Source: a virus (taxonomy: Duplodnaviria > Caudoviricetes). Taken from it: DNA of 63,876 bases. Made by a program: the position numbers and the translations under genes. The notes beneath the pieces were generated by a model. The model was given only the letters and a program-made list of their open reading frames with translations, ran no database searches and was not told the DNA's origin. The stretch spans positions 1-63,876 of IMG/VR virus record IMGVR_UViG_3300031963_000134, one strand, 5' to 3'. Below, piece after piece: positions 16,732 through 27,302 of the stretch (its first letter is position 1; every line of letters starts with the position of its first letter).

Positions 16732-16791
16732 ATGAATTTGTAATTGCGGGTAGATTTTACTAAGTTCGTATAACAAGAAGGAAGAAAAATC

Positions 16792-17847
16792 ATGTCGAAA
16801 CATCAGGATAATAAAAGTCCTTGGAAGGGACAGAGGGATGCTTTCATCGAATCTTTGGTATATCTTGATGGAAGAAGACGAGGACAAATCAAAAGCTTAA
16901 AGACTCCTTGGAAGAAGTTTAACGACGCAGGAACTAATGGTATCGAGTGGCACAATACTGTGGTAATCGGTGGACGTCCTGCTAGTGGTAAGACTCTAAT
17001 CAAAGACCAAATCATTAGGGAAAGTTTTATTCTTAACCCCGGTGAAGACTTTAGAGTTCTAGAATTTCAGCTCGAGATGTTGGCTCGAACATCTGCTATA
17101 CGTGAATACTCAAGTGTACTAGGTAAGTCATACAAGTATTTGTGTAGCTCAGAATGGGACGGTCAATATCTTACTGATAAAGAACTAGAGCTATGTAAGT
17201 TGTACGCTAAGGAAAGGGTAAAGTATCCTATTGATATTGTTGAGGAACCTTGCACCGTAGCTGAGTTCGAGGAGACTGTGAAAAGTTATATGGAGTTTCA
17301 CTCCAGCGTAGAGTACATCGAGAAAGTAATCGAGGAAAACGGTAAGCCTAAGACCATAAAGATTGACGAGAAGAAATACAAAAAGACTATCGTCACTTTA
17401 GATCACAGCTTATTAATTAAGAAAGGTAAAGGTGAGAAAGACAAACTAGAGGTACTATACCTACTAGGTGAGACAGTAACCGCGTTAAAGAGAAAGTATC
17501 CAATCATTTTCATTATCCTCTCGCAGCTCAATAGAAACATTGATACGCCTGAGAGAAATGAAGAAGGTAAGTACGGTAATTACATATTGGAATCAGACTT
17601 GTTTGGTTCCGATGCGCTCCTACAACATGCAGATATTCTTATCGGTATCAACCGTCCTGCTAAACAGAAGATTAGATACTATGGACCAGACAAGTTCTTA
17701 ATTGAGGATGAGTCTATTATAGTATTACACTTTCTTAAATGTAGAAACGGTGACTCAAGGATGAGCTTCTTCAAAGCTGAGTTTGAGAAGATGAAACTAT
17801 CTGAAATCGAAACCCCGCAAAAGTTTGATAAAAAGATCAAAGTATGA
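16792..17847 (+). CDS. dnaB: DnaB-like replicative helicase
   Basis: GGRPASGKT, LEM, LDH, LSQLNR, KCRNG motifs. Confidence 0.9.
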   Translation: MSKHQDNKSPWKGQRDAFIESLVYLDGRRRGQIKSLKTPWKKFNDAGTNGIEWHNTVVIGGRPASGKTLIKDQIIRESFILNPGEDFRVLEFQLEMLARTSAIREYSSVLGKSYKYLCSSEWDGQYLTDKELELCKLYAKERVKYPIDIVEEPCTVAEFEETVKSYMEFHSSVEYIEKVIEENGKPKTIKIDEKKYKKTIVTLDHSLLIKKGKGEKDKLEVLYLLGETVTALKRKYPIIFIILSQLNRNIDTPERNEEGKYGNYILESDLFGSDALLQHADILIGINRPAKQKIRYYGPDKFLIEDESIIVLHFLKCRNGDSRMSFFKAEFEKMKLSEIETPQKFDKKIKV

Positions 17848-18398
17848 GTATTACAACTAAGAATCCTAAAGCTGAGAAGCTTGCAGCGATTAGAAAATTT
17901 CATGGTGAACGATTAAAAACAATTGGAATTACAAGCGCTCTTGTTAGTGCTAAAGCTATTGTAAGACCATTTGGAGATCGTAAACCATACGTATCGTTAT
18001 TTGAAAGCGAAGTGCGTAGAGAACCAGAGATGTATATCGAGTTGACAGACTACGATAACAATCCGGTAGATCCTACAAGAAAGCTATATCGCTTACGTCA
18101 CAATCCTTTTTACAAAGAAGAGTATGAAACTTTACCCTTCAATGATGAAGAGGTTAGATATCTTGTGCCTACTGATAATCTTGTAGAGGTAGTGTTTCCT
18201 GAAAACGAAACTCCCTCTGTTCAAAGTAACTCATCGTTTGTTCCATCGGTAACACTTGATGAACTGCTTAACAATGAACTACCTAATCCTGATGATGATC
18301 TTCCGATCTCTCAGCTCACTATACGTGATTTGGTAGCTATCCTGCACAAGGTACCTGTTAGCAAGAAGAAGTGGTTAAACGACATTATTAAGAAATGA
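17844..18398 (+). CDS. conserved hypothetical protein
   Basis: ORF within replication operon. Confidence 0.75.
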   Translation: MSITTKNPKAEKLAAIRKFHGERLKTIGITSALVSAKAIVRPFGDRKPYVSLFESEVRREPEMYIELTDYDNNPVDPTRKLYRLRHNPFYKEEYETLPFNDEEVRYLVPTDNLVEVVFPENETPSVQSNSSFVPSVTLDELLNNELPNPDDDLPISQLTIRDLVAILHKVPVSKKKWLNDIIKK

Positions 18399-18997
18399 AT
18401 AGTATAGTTAAACATGAATCACCTGAGGAGTTACAGAACTTTCTCAGCACACTGATTGAATCGAAGAATCTTCCTACCCATATCAAAACGGTAGAGCAAG
18501 CATTCACGATTGCGCAAATGGGTAAGGAGTTGGGATTTCCAACGATGCAAGCTTTCCATTACATCATTCCAATCCAAGGTAAGCTCACGCTCAGTGCTAA
18601 AGCTCTTGGTGCTATTCTTAGAAAGGGTGGTATCAAATACCAAACTCTCGAGGACGGAGTGTATGTATATCAAAATGGAACTAGCGAGAAATCAGATCCT
18701 TCTGAAAAACCTGTAGACCGTAGGACAACAATTCGATTTATTAGAGATAATATTGAGGAGATTTGTTCCTTCAGTTGGAAAGACGCTGAACTCCAAGGTC
18801 TAACTACAAAGGACAATTGGAAGCGCATGCCTAAAGAAATGTTGTATGCGCGCTGTCTTTCTAAAGGTGCTAATAGAGTTGGACCAGATTTGACTCTCGG
18901 TTTGTATACAACTGAGGAGATGGCAGACTCTATGCACATCGACGAAAGATTCGTTATGCGTTCAGAAGATGGATTAATTTCAGAAATCGTAGAATAA
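18395..18997 (+). CDS. RecT/Red-beta-like ssDNA annealing protein
   Basis: GKELG...IQGK...NWKRMPKEML.AR...GLYTTEEM. Confidence 0.75.
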   Translation: MNSIVKHESPEELQNFLSTLIESKNLPTHIKTVEQAFTIAQMGKELGFPTMQAFHYIIPIQGKLTLSAKALGAILRKGGIKYQTLEDGVYVYQNGTSEKSDPSEKPVDRRTTIRFIRDNIEEICSFSWKDAELQGLTTKDNWKRMPKEMLYARCLSKGANRVGPDLTLGLYTTEEMADSMHIDERFVMRSEDGLISEIVE

Positions 18998-18998
18998 T

Positions 18999-19679
18999 AT
19001 GTTAAGTACTAAACAAGTAAAAGTAGGCTCAGGTGGTTCTAATGAATCGAAGACACTTGACCCAGGAAACCACCAGCTCTATCTTACAGATGTAACTCTG
19101 AAAGAAGCTACGTTTAAACCAGGTCACTATGACATGATTCTCAATGTTCATGGACCAAAGATTGAAGGATTCGAGGGATTCTTGGTAGACAAGGATAAAC
19201 CCGAACTTGGACATCTTCCCTACAAAGTAGGTAAAGTCAGAGGTACAGAGTGGCCGATGGGTGACTCTGAAACCAAGACGGGTGTCAAGATCTTTAGAGA
19301 CCTAGAGATTCTCAAACAAATCAAACTTCTGTGTATTTCTACTGGAAGTGAGAAATGGTTTGATGAACAAGATGAGAAGCATGATACGATTGAACAGTTT
19401 GTCGAGGCGTTTAACAACGACAAACCTTTCATGGATAAAATGTTCTATGGTTGTCTCGCGGGTAAAGAGTATACCAACAAAGCGGGATATGCTCAGTTTG
19501 ATTTGTATTTTCCTAAGTATACCAAAGCAGGTGCAGCTTATTCTAACGTAGAGAAAAACGTTGTACGCTTTGATGAGGATACACACATCAAGAGAAAGAA
19601 GACTACGACTGTAGATGAATTCTCTTCAGGTTCTGATGACTTCTTCGGAAATCTGAAAGACGAATTTTCATTGGATTAA
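18999..19679 (+). CDS. putative ssDNA-binding protein
   Basis: Acidic/aromatic C-terminal tail; position after annealing protein. Confidence 0.5.
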   Translation: MLSTKQVKVGSGGSNESKTLDPGNHQLYLTDVTLKEATFKPGHYDMILNVHGPKIEGFEGFLVDKDKPELGHLPYKVGKVRGTEWPMGDSETKTGVKIFRDLEILKQIKLLCISTGSEKWFDEQDEKHDTIEQFVEAFNNDKPFMDKMFYGCLAGKEYTNKAGYAQFDLYFPKYTKAGAAYSNVEKNVVRFDEDTHIKRKKTTTVDEFSSGSDDFFGNLKDEFSLD

Positions 19680-19694
19680 TTTTAGTGTTACAGC

Positions 19695-19728
19695 AAGAGG
19701 GAGGGTCTATACGGCTCTCCCTTTATTT
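19695..19728 (+). terminator. rho-independent terminator
   Basis: AGGGAGGGTC/GGCTCTCCCT stem plus T-rich tail. Confidence 0.65.
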
Positions 19729-19740
19729 ATATGTACACCC

Positions 19741-20706
19741 ATGCTCAGAACAAAAAATCTAATGTTCTATGACGATGTTCCTGTCGAATGGGTATTTGAA
19801 ACGTATTTGGGGTTGACCGAAAAGCTACAAGGTCAGAATGTAAAAATTAAATCTCCTTTTAATCCTGCAGATAATAATCCCTCAGCGTTTGTTTACTACG
19901 ATATCTATCAGCATAGATACAGATTCAAAGATTTCTCTACTGGTAAGTTCGCAGATGCGGACATACTAGTAATGGAGCTGATGAATTTTAAAACAGTAAA
20001 CGAAGCACGGGACAAAATACTTGATGATTACAAACAATGGCTTAAACACAATAAGCAGGATGTATCTATTGTAACTCCACATGAACGTTACAGAGTATCT
20101 GAATTCAGTATTAGGAAATGGTCAGAGACTGACGCGAAGTTTTGGACTAAGTACAACATTAGCTCCAAGCTTCTAGAACACTATCAAGTCAAACCATTAG
20201 AGTATTATAAGCTGAAGCGTGGCGACAATGAACTACACATAGAACTAAATGTTATCTATGGATATTTCAAGATTGACGGTACGCTCGTAAAGATCTATAC
20301 CCCTTACCGTAAGGATAATAAGTTTACAAGCATTGAGAGATATATCCAAGGTATTGAGCAACTCACTCTTAAGAAGAGATTCTTAGTGATCACCAGCTCG
20401 ATGAAGGATCTATTATCTCTTATGAGCTTGGGCTATTCGGAGATTGAATCTATCGCTCCGCCTAGTGAGAATACTATTATCCCCAAAGAAGTAATAGCTG
20501 CATACAAAATGAAGTATGAGAAAATCATAACTCTATTTGATAATGATCAGCCGGGTATAGACTCTATGAAGCGTTATAAGGAACTCTATGATTTAGACTA
20601 TTGTCTGCTACCTATGTCTAAGGATCTTTCTGATTCTATAAAAGATCATGGTGCATTGAAAGTCAAAGAGACACTAACTCCACTATTAAAGAAACTCCTA
20701 TTATGA
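19741..20706 (+). CDS. DNA primase (TOPRIM, crAss-type)
   Basis: SPFNPAD..PS, FKDFSTG, ITSSMKD, LFDNDQPG, KDLSD. Confidence 0.85.
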   Translation: MLRTKNLMFYDDVPVEWVFETYLGLTEKLQGQNVKIKSPFNPADNNPSAFVYYDIYQHRYRFKDFSTGKFADADILVMELMNFKTVNEARDKILDDYKQWLKHNKQDVSIVTPHERYRVSEFSIRKWSETDAKFWTKYNISSKLLEHYQVKPLEYYKLKRGDNELHIELNVIYGYFKIDGTLVKIYTPYRKDNKFTSIERYIQGIEQLTLKKRFLVITSSMKDLLSLMSLGYSEIESIAPPSENTIIPKEVIAAYKMKYEKIITLFDNDQPGIDSMKRYKELYDLDYCLLPMSKDLSDSIKDHGALKVKETLTPLLKKLLL

Positions 20707-21200
20707 AAAAGTACGCGGGTATCGATATTGGTAAATCAGGTGCTATTGTCAAACTAGTAGACAACAGTGCGATTACTAGTATCAAGATGCCATTGATTAA
20801 GAAAGAGCTCAATCTATTTGAACTCAATCAAGTATTTGAGAATCTTAAAGATGATAATTATCACGTTGTATTTGAAAAGCTCGGAGTGATATTTGGTAGT
20901 AGTAAGGTAACAGCATTCTCAATGGGAGAACAGTCTGGTATCATTGAAGCACTATGTGTATCCCATGAGATTCCATACACCAAGGTACGCGCAGTAGATT
21001 GGCAGAAGGAGATGTTTCAGGGTATAACTAAGATTCAAAAAGCAGGAAAGACAAGTACGGATACGAAAGCGATGGCACTCATCGCGGTGAATAGATTATT
21101 CCCTAATGTACCACTAACATTCAGTGGAGCTACTAAACCACACGATGGTCTAATAGACGCTCTACTAATGGCAGAGTACGCTAGACGAAAGAATTTGTGA
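20703..21200 (+). CDS. RuvC-like Holliday junction resolvase
   Basis: GIDIGKSGA, VFE, WQK, HDGLIDALLMA. Confidence 0.85.
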   Translation: MKKYAGIDIGKSGAIVKLVDNSAITSIKMPLIKKELNLFELNQVFENLKDDNYHVVFEKLGVIFGSSKVTAFSMGEQSGIIEALCVSHEIPYTKVRAVDWQKEMFQGITKIQKAGKTSTDTKAMALIAVNRLFPNVPLTFSGATKPHDGLIDALLMAEYARRKNL

Positions 21201-21217
21201 TTGTTTGGTTTTTCGTA

Positions 21218-21245
21218 AAGAGAGGAAGGTAACACTTCCTCTCTT
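21218..21245 (+). terminator. intergenic hairpin/terminator
   Basis: AAGAGAGGAAG/CTTCCTCTCTT. Confidence 0.55.
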
Positions 21246-21310
21246 CATATCCGCTCATTGTCTTGATTTGTTTACTATCATCAATCAACAATCTACAACA
21301 ACACAATCTT

Positions 21311-21595
21311 ATGCGAAAAATTACAATGAAGATGCGTGATGCATTCTACGAACTAAAAAAGTTCAAGCTTGACAACACAGAAGTACGTGATTCTGCTATC
21401 TATTTACACGGCAACAAGATTGCAGAACATGGAAATGAATCTAGTATTTGGGTTACTACCGCAGGGTGGAATACAAACACCACACGAGAAAGACTCAATG
21501 GGTTATATGAATGTCATGTAACGCAGAGAAAAGGAATTCTATACCTAAACGGAAAAGAATGGGATGGAAAATGGATAAACATACCAAAGGTCTAA
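21311..21595 (+). CDS. conserved phage hypothetical protein
   Basis: LHGNKIA...GWNTNTTRERLN motif. Confidence 0.7.
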   Translation: MRKITMKMRDAFYELKKFKLDNTEVRDSAIYLHGNKIAEHGNESSIWVTTAGWNTNTTRERLNGLYECHVTQRKGILYLNGKEWDGKWINIPKV

Positions 21596-21909
21596 CAAAA
21601 GAACAGTACAAGCGAATCAAACAAATGCTAGAAGGAACAACAGAAGACAGAAGCTTTGCAATACATCTAATCAAACAACTTGATCATGTAACAGACAGAG
21701 TCCCATTTGCTCTACTAGCAAACATGCTAACACCATCTGAGAAAGAACAAGTATCAGAACAACCGTGGATGTTCAACATGTACAATAAACCTATCACAGA
21801 ACAGTTTAGCGAATGCACAAAAGACTTTCACAGAGAACTCATTATAGAACGCTATGTGAGTAGAGTATTTGGATTAGACACCGACATAACAATAATTAAA
21901 AATGGATAA
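21571..21909 (+). CDS. hypothetical protein
   Basis: ATG 21571. Confidence 0.6.
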   Translation: MDKHTKGLTKEQYKRIKQMLEGTTEDRSFAIHLIKQLDHVTDRVPFALLANMLTPSEKEQVSEQPWMFNMYNKPITEQFSECTKDFHRELIIERYVSRVFGLDTDITIIKNG

Positions 21910-23104
21910 AGAAGAACTTTTAGCTAGAGCATCTAAAGAGTTGATGCTAAAGGAACCATTCTATGGTTACTTCCTAATGTCCCTTAATAAGAAATGGGAT
22001 AATAGTATTCCGACCGCAGCAGTTGGTAAAAAAGATATCAGCTGCGAGATTATGATCAATGAAGGATTCTTCATGAATTTGACCAATCCAAAGAAGATCG
22101 GTCTTATCAAACATGAGCTACTTCACATCGCATTCTTTCACCTGTATAACTATGATAATCTCGCTAATAAGAAAATCGCTAACATCGCGATGGACATTGA
22201 GATTAATCAGTATATCTCCTCTGAGTATCTACCAGAAGGTGGAGTAACTATCGATGACTTCCCAGAGCTTAATCTCGAGCATAAGATGGGTACAAGATAT
22301 TATTATGACAAGCTCATGGAAGCTAGTAATAATAACTCTTCTCCTAATCTTAATGCTATGATTGATGCAGAGAGTGGAGTTACTGTAGTTATTGAAACTG
22401 AAAATGGTTCTGAAGAGAGAATTAACCCAGATCATAGCAAGTGGAAAGACTTTGAGAACATGAGTGAAGCTGAAAAGAAGCTAACTCAGAAGATTGCTGA
22501 GAATCTCATGAAAGAGATTCAAGAGCAAACTCTAAAGTCTAGAGGTATTATTCCAGGAGAAATTAGTGAGATTATTAATTCATTTGAAAAGGATGAAGAG
22601 CCCAAGTTTGATTGGCGCAGATATCTCAGACAATTCTCAGGTGGGTCTAGTAAAATCTATACCAAGAAGACTCGTCGTAAGTTCAACAAAAGGTTCATTG
22701 AGAATCCTGGTCTAAAGATCAAACCTAGACGACATATCCTTGTCGCTATTGATACTTCAGGATCAGTGAGCAGAGAAGAGCTTACAGAGTTTATTAAGGA
22801 GATGATTCACATTAATAAGACTGGTACAGAAATTACCACTATTCAATGTGATACTAAGATCAACAAGATTGCTAAGTTCAAAGCAGATACAGAATATGAA
22901 ATCTATGGACGTGGAGGTACTGACTTCCAACCGGTAATAGATTATTACAGAGAAAACCTACACAAGTATGTATCTCTCATATTCTTTACTGACGGTGAAG
23001 CACCAGCGCCTACTAACGCAGTAGGTAAAATCCTTTGGGTTATGAGTAGTAACTCCAGTATTAATGAAGAATTACCAGGTATCGTTATTAAACTAGAAGA
23101 TTAA
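21902..23104 (+). CDS. metallopeptidase-VWA protein (DUF2201-like)
   Basis: HELLH HExxH; MIDAS DTSGS, GGTDF, FTDG. Confidence 0.9.
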   Translation: MDKEELLARASKELMLKEPFYGYFLMSLNKKWDNSIPTAAVGKKDISCEIMINEGFFMNLTNPKKIGLIKHELLHIAFFHLYNYDNLANKKIANIAMDIEINQYISSEYLPEGGVTIDDFPELNLEHKMGTRYYYDKLMEASNNNSSPNLNAMIDAESGVTVVIETENGSEERINPDHSKWKDFENMSEAEKKLTQKIAENLMKEIQEQTLKSRGIIPGEISEIINSFEKDEEPKFDWRRYLRQFSGGSSKIYTKKTRRKFNKRFIENPGLKIKPRRHILVAIDTSGSVSREELTEFIKEMIHINKTGTEITTIQCDTKINKIAKFKADTEYEIYGRGGTDFQPVIDYYRENLHKYVSLIFFTDGEAPAPTNAVGKILWVMSSNSSINEELPGIVIKLED

Positions 23105-23105
23105 G

Positions 23106-24533
23106 ATGGCTAAGAAAGTTAAGAACAAGGTTAATTTGAATTTGAATGAGATCGAAGAATTCCTCGATCACATTATTAAGAACAACAAAGATTTGCAAGA
23201 AGCAGGTAAAGTACCTGTAGCGGTAAATATCGAAGGTGGTGCGGGTATCGGTAAGACCAGCAAAATCGCACAGATCGCCAAGAAGAACAATATGAATTTC
23301 ATTCGACTGAATATTGCTCAGATCGAGGAGATTGGTGACTTGGTTGGTTTTCCTATTCGTCAATTTCAAGTATGTAAGGAAGAACAATCTACCCCTAGCG
23401 AACCACAAGTTCGATTGGTAAAGAAGATTGTACAAGTAGAAGAAGTGCAAGATGTTGTCGTTGAAGAGGAAAGACTAGTCAACAGACAACTTATAGTGGA
23501 TGGTAAGGTCGTAAACAAACAAGTTAAAGCACTTGTTAAGATTCCAAAGAAGCAAACCGTTCTTGTAGACAAAGAAATAGAAGTAGAAGAAACTGTTTCT
23601 AATAACTATCAAGACGGAGAATGCATTTGGATTGATGAGCATGCTCTCCAAGAGTATATCAATATGGGTTACAAGTTCACTGGTAATAAGCGTATGTCTT
23701 ATTGTCCTCCTGAATGGGTGGCTAATATTGATCCTGAACTCCCAGGTATTTTGTGTTTGGATGACTATACTCGTGCAGATCAAAGATTCATGCAGGCATG
23801 TATGACTTTGATTGAGACACAAAAGTATATCTCTTGGGAACTTCCTAAGGGATGGACAATCATCTTGACTACTAATCCTGATGACGGAGAGTATTTGGTT
23901 ACCTCTATGGATACCGCTCAAAAGACCCGATTCATTACCGTTGATGTTAAATTCGACGAGAAAGTATGGGCTCAATGGGCTGAGTCTGAAGGTATTGACG
24001 GTCGCTGTATTAACTTCCTATTGTTACATCCTGAGATGGTAAACAAAGATGTTAATCCAAGATCTATTACTACCTTCTTCAACTCTATTTTCTCTATCAC
24101 GGATTTCAATAAATCTCTCCCTCTCATCCAAATGATTGGCGAAGGTTCTGTTGGTCCAGAGTTTACTACAATGTTTACCACGTTTATCCATAATAGATTG
24201 GACAAGCTTGTAACTCCTAAAGAAATTCTTCTGAGTGCCAATACAGAAGAGATCTTTAACAAGCTTGAAGATTGTGTGTGTCTACACACTTCTTATCGTG
24301 CAGACATTGCTAGTGTACTAGCTACTCGTTTGATTAACTTCACTTTGCTTTATGCTGATGAGAAACCTATCACCGATAAGATTAACGATCGTTTGATAGA
24401 GCTCACCACTGAGAGAAAAGTATTTACTGACGATTTGAAATATCACTTTGCTAAGAAGCTTCTGAATGGTAACAAACAGAAGTTTCAGAAGCTTGTCAGT
24501 AATCCTGAAGTTATGAAAATGATCATGAAGTAA
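23106..24533 (+). CDS. MoxR-like AAA+ ATPase
   Basis: GGAGIGKT, LDDYTRA, TTNP, DTAQKTRF, NPRS; adjacent to VWA gene. Confidence 0.88.
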   Translation: MAKKVKNKVNLNLNEIEEFLDHIIKNNKDLQEAGKVPVAVNIEGGAGIGKTSKIAQIAKKNNMNFIRLNIAQIEEIGDLVGFPIRQFQVCKEEQSTPSEPQVRLVKKIVQVEEVQDVVVEEERLVNRQLIVDGKVVNKQVKALVKIPKKQTVLVDKEIEVEETVSNNYQDGECIWIDEHALQEYINMGYKFTGNKRMSYCPPEWVANIDPELPGILCLDDYTRADQRFMQACMTLIETQKYISWELPKGWTIILTTNPDDGEYLVTSMDTAQKTRFITVDVKFDEKVWAQWAESEGIDGRCINFLLLHPEMVNKDVNPRSITTFFNSIFSITDFNKSLPLIQMIGEGSVGPEFTTMFTTFIHNRLDKLVTPKEILLSANTEEIFNKLEDCVCLHTSYRADIASVLATRLINFTLLYADEKPITDKINDRLIELTTERKVFTDDLKYHFAKKLLNGNKQKFQKLVSNPEVMKMIMK

Positions 24534-24540
24534 TTAACTA

Positions 24541-24565
24541 GGAGGGTGCCTAACAAGCACCCTCC
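24541..24565. terminator. intergenic hairpin
   Basis: GGAGGGTGC/GCACCCTCC. Confidence 0.5.
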
Positions 24566-24580
24566 ATAATTAAAAAATCT

Positions 24581-25762
24581 ATGATTTCACTTAATAAAAT
24601 ATTACTTGTAAACAGAAAACCGAACGATAATTTGAACGGTTTTGACATAACTACATGGGTTGATTTCAAAAACTCAGATGGTGAATCAATATCTCCTTAT
24701 GAGTATACTAAGCAACTTAATGCTGTAGAAATTGACATTAGTCTAATTAAAGGTAAAAAGCTTCACTTGACTAAGTCTTGTACAATTCCTCAATTCAAGA
24801 GAGAAAAGTTTCAGGAACAACACAATGTCACATTTGTAAGAGATATTACAAAAGGAGATTACTGTGTTGTTGGAAATAAATTTCTCAATAAAGAGGTTGA
24901 TTTTGTAGGTAACTCTTGGATGTACAAATCTTCTGATATAATTGCTATTCTAAATGAAATAGCTAAAACTAAACCTCTTCATGCTTTTCATGAAAAGATG
25001 ATTAAGTTATTTAACGATGAGAAGATTGAATATGTAGCATTTTACAGATGGAATCAATGTGACATTGAAGAAGCAATGTACATCGCATATAACATAAACC
25101 TTACTCAAACTCCAAGAAGAATAACATCATACTTTCATGTGACTTCAAACCCTAAAGTAATTTCTAGTCTAGCTAATCTTTTCAATAACAATGTTATAAT
25201 TAGTCAATCTGTTATTCTTAAAAATCTGAATTCAGTAGTAATTAATAATGAGCAGTATGAGATGCTAGCTGATTTGTTTAATAGTAGAGACGAAGCAAAT
25301 GTTACTCTAGCTATTGAAACTATTGCAAATTCAGATTATGAAAAATCTGCTGGTTATATTATGAAACTACTATTTCATTACAGCACAAGAATTTATAGTA
25401 GCAGAAGCAGAACACATGTGAACTTCAAATCAATGATGAATTTCTTTGGGTTAAGTTCTAGTTGGAGTATTCAGGATTTACTTGAGGCACTAGAAAATAA
25501 GAATTTGTTATCTCATAGAAACTTACAGATTCTTGAAGGTCCTATAAATGCTAATACTTATCTAAGAAATAAATACCGTGATTACGATAATTATGAGTAC
25601 AAAGAAATTGTTAATGAGAAGTTTAGTACAAACGAGTATGTAGATGATACTGACTCATATGTAATGGACTATAGCAATGTGGAACTTCTTAAATTAGATG
25701 ATGATGATCAACACGAAGAATATCAGCACAGTAAAAGAGAAGATGGAGAGTTTCTATTCTAG
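24581..25762 (+). CDS. hypothetical protein (possible BRCT-like N-terminal part)
   Basis: ORF 393 aa. Confidence 0.7.
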   Translation: MISLNKILLVNRKPNDNLNGFDITTWVDFKNSDGESISPYEYTKQLNAVEIDISLIKGKKLHLTKSCTIPQFKREKFQEQHNVTFVRDITKGDYCVVGNKFLNKEVDFVGNSWMYKSSDIIAILNEIAKTKPLHAFHEKMIKLFNDEKIEYVAFYRWNQCDIEEAMYIAYNINLTQTPRRITSYFHVTSNPKVISSLANLFNNNVIISQSVILKNLNSVVINNEQYEMLADLFNSRDEANVTLAIETIANSDYEKSAGYIMKLLFHYSTRIYSSRSRTHVNFKSMMNFFGLSSSWSIQDLLEALENKNLLSHRNLQILEGPINANTYLRNKYRDYDNYEYKEIVNEKFSTNEYVDDTDSYVMDYSNVELLKLDDDDQHEEYQHSKREDGEFLF

Positions 25763-26711
25763 ACCTTTCTATTTTAGTTATTCGGGTTTAAGTAAACTTA
25801 AGTACTCTCCCGCGTTGTTCTTTAAACATTATGTCTTGGACGAAAGAGAAGATAAAGAAGAAGACTATTTTATTGAGGGTAGATTGACCCATAGTCTCCT
25901 ACTGGAAGATTCTTATTTCAATGACCATTTCATTCTAGTTCCTAAATCATTTCCATCAGATAATACCAGAAAGGTAATTGACTCGGTGTTTGCGCTCCGA
26001 GATGATCGGGAAAATTTAGAAGACTATAAAGATGAGATTGTCAATGTTCTTAAAGACATTAATCTTCATCAATCTTTGAAAACAGACGCGCAAAGAATTG
26101 AGAAGATTGCAACTGATGAATCTAAAAGTTATTGGGAGTTTCTTAAAATCAAAGGAGACAAAACTCTTGTAGACCAAGAGACCTATGATACCTGCAAAGA
26201 TGCAGTTGAAGCTATCAAACAAAACTCTAAAGTATGTGACCTACTAGGTCTATATGCTAATGAGATGGATGATGTAGAGATCTTCAACGAAAAACCTCTT
26301 GAGGCTACCGTAGAGAACTTTCCGTTTGGTTTGAGAGGAATCATCGATAACTATAAGATTGATCACAAAAACAAAGTCATCTATATAAACGACGTCAAGA
26401 AAACCAATAAGTCCCTACTGAACTTCAAAGAGACAGTAGAGTATTATAACTATTGGATTCAAGCGGCGATTTATGTTAGATTGGTTTTGTTTAATCTTAA
26501 TTATCATTTACGGAATGCTAGTTGGAAAGTCGTATTCCATTTTGTTGTAGTTGACAAATACAACCAAGTTTATCCTTTTGAGGTGTCTGAAGAGACAATG
26601 AAACTTTGGCAGGAAAACTTTGATGTCGAGTTGACTAAAGCTAAATGGCACTATGAGAAAAAAGATTTCTCATTACCGTACGAGTTAGCAACTGGTGAAA
26701 TGAAACTTTAA
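25698..26711 (+). CDS. PD-(D/E)XK exonuclease (RecE/ExoVIII-like)
   Basis: FSYS.L, G..H..LLE, RGIID, INDVKKT, YWIQAAIY. Confidence 0.85.
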   Translation: MMMINTKNISTVKEKMESFYSRPFYFSYSGLSKLKYSPALFFKHYVLDEREDKEEDYFIEGRLTHSLLLEDSYFNDHFILVPKSFPSDNTRKVIDSVFALRDDRENLEDYKDEIVNVLKDINLHQSLKTDAQRIEKIATDESKSYWEFLKIKGDKTLVDQETYDTCKDAVEAIKQNSKVCDLLGLYANEMDDVEIFNEKPLEATVENFPFGLRGIIDNYKIDHKNKVIYINDVKKTNKSLLNFKETVEYYNYWIQAAIYVRLVLFNLNYHLRNASWKVVFHFVVVDKYNQVYPFEVSEETMKLWQENFDVELTKAKWHYEKKDFSLPYELATGEMKL

Positions 26712-26712
26712 C

Positions 26713-27279
26713 ATGGCTGTAAAAATAACCTCTCTGTATAAAAACTATTTTCAAAAGAGTAGAACGTTTTTATATCCCGCATTGGGTATTCGTAGAGGTA
26801 GCAGCTTTATTCCTATTGAAACTTATATGGCGTGGGAAGATAAATATCGACCACAAGACAGAAAACTCTGTTGTGTATATGAGAATCAAGAGGATGAAGA
26901 TTTCAAAATCTTTGAGAAATCTAAGCTAAGGACTAATAGATTATTTCATGAAGCTATCCTATTGGAAGACAAAAAGGTGTGCTACATATTTGATTTTACT
27001 CTCTTAGCTGATGATTGGGATGCTATTTTAAACGGTAAATATTCTAAGATCTCCGCGGATCATATGAAGACAATCCGCAATTTTGTAAGTAACTCAGAGT
27101 CAAATCTAGCTTACGTTAACTCTTTCTTATATCCTGAGAAACACTTTGAGCTTTACTCAGAACTAATGGGCGTAAGCGTAAATGAACTCAGAAAAGTAGG
27201 AGAGTTATGCGATAAGCCAAATCTTGAAAGAGAAACTTTAAAGATTAAAGAACTTGATTTAAAGTTATTTGAAAGATAG
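26713..27279 (+). CDS. conserved hypothetical protein
   Basis: ORF 188 aa, GKYSKI motif. Confidence 0.75.
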   Translation: MAVKITSLYKNYFQKSRTFLYPALGIRRGSSFIPIETYMAWEDKYRPQDRKLCCVYENQEDEDFKIFEKSKLRTNRLFHEAILLEDKKVCYIFDFTLLADDWDAILNGKYSKISADHMKTIRNFVSNSESNLAYVNSFLYPEKHFELYSELMGVSVNELRKVGELCDKPNLERETLKIKELDLKLFER

Positions 27280-27302
27280 ATTTGCGGGGTAAACAATATT
27301 TT

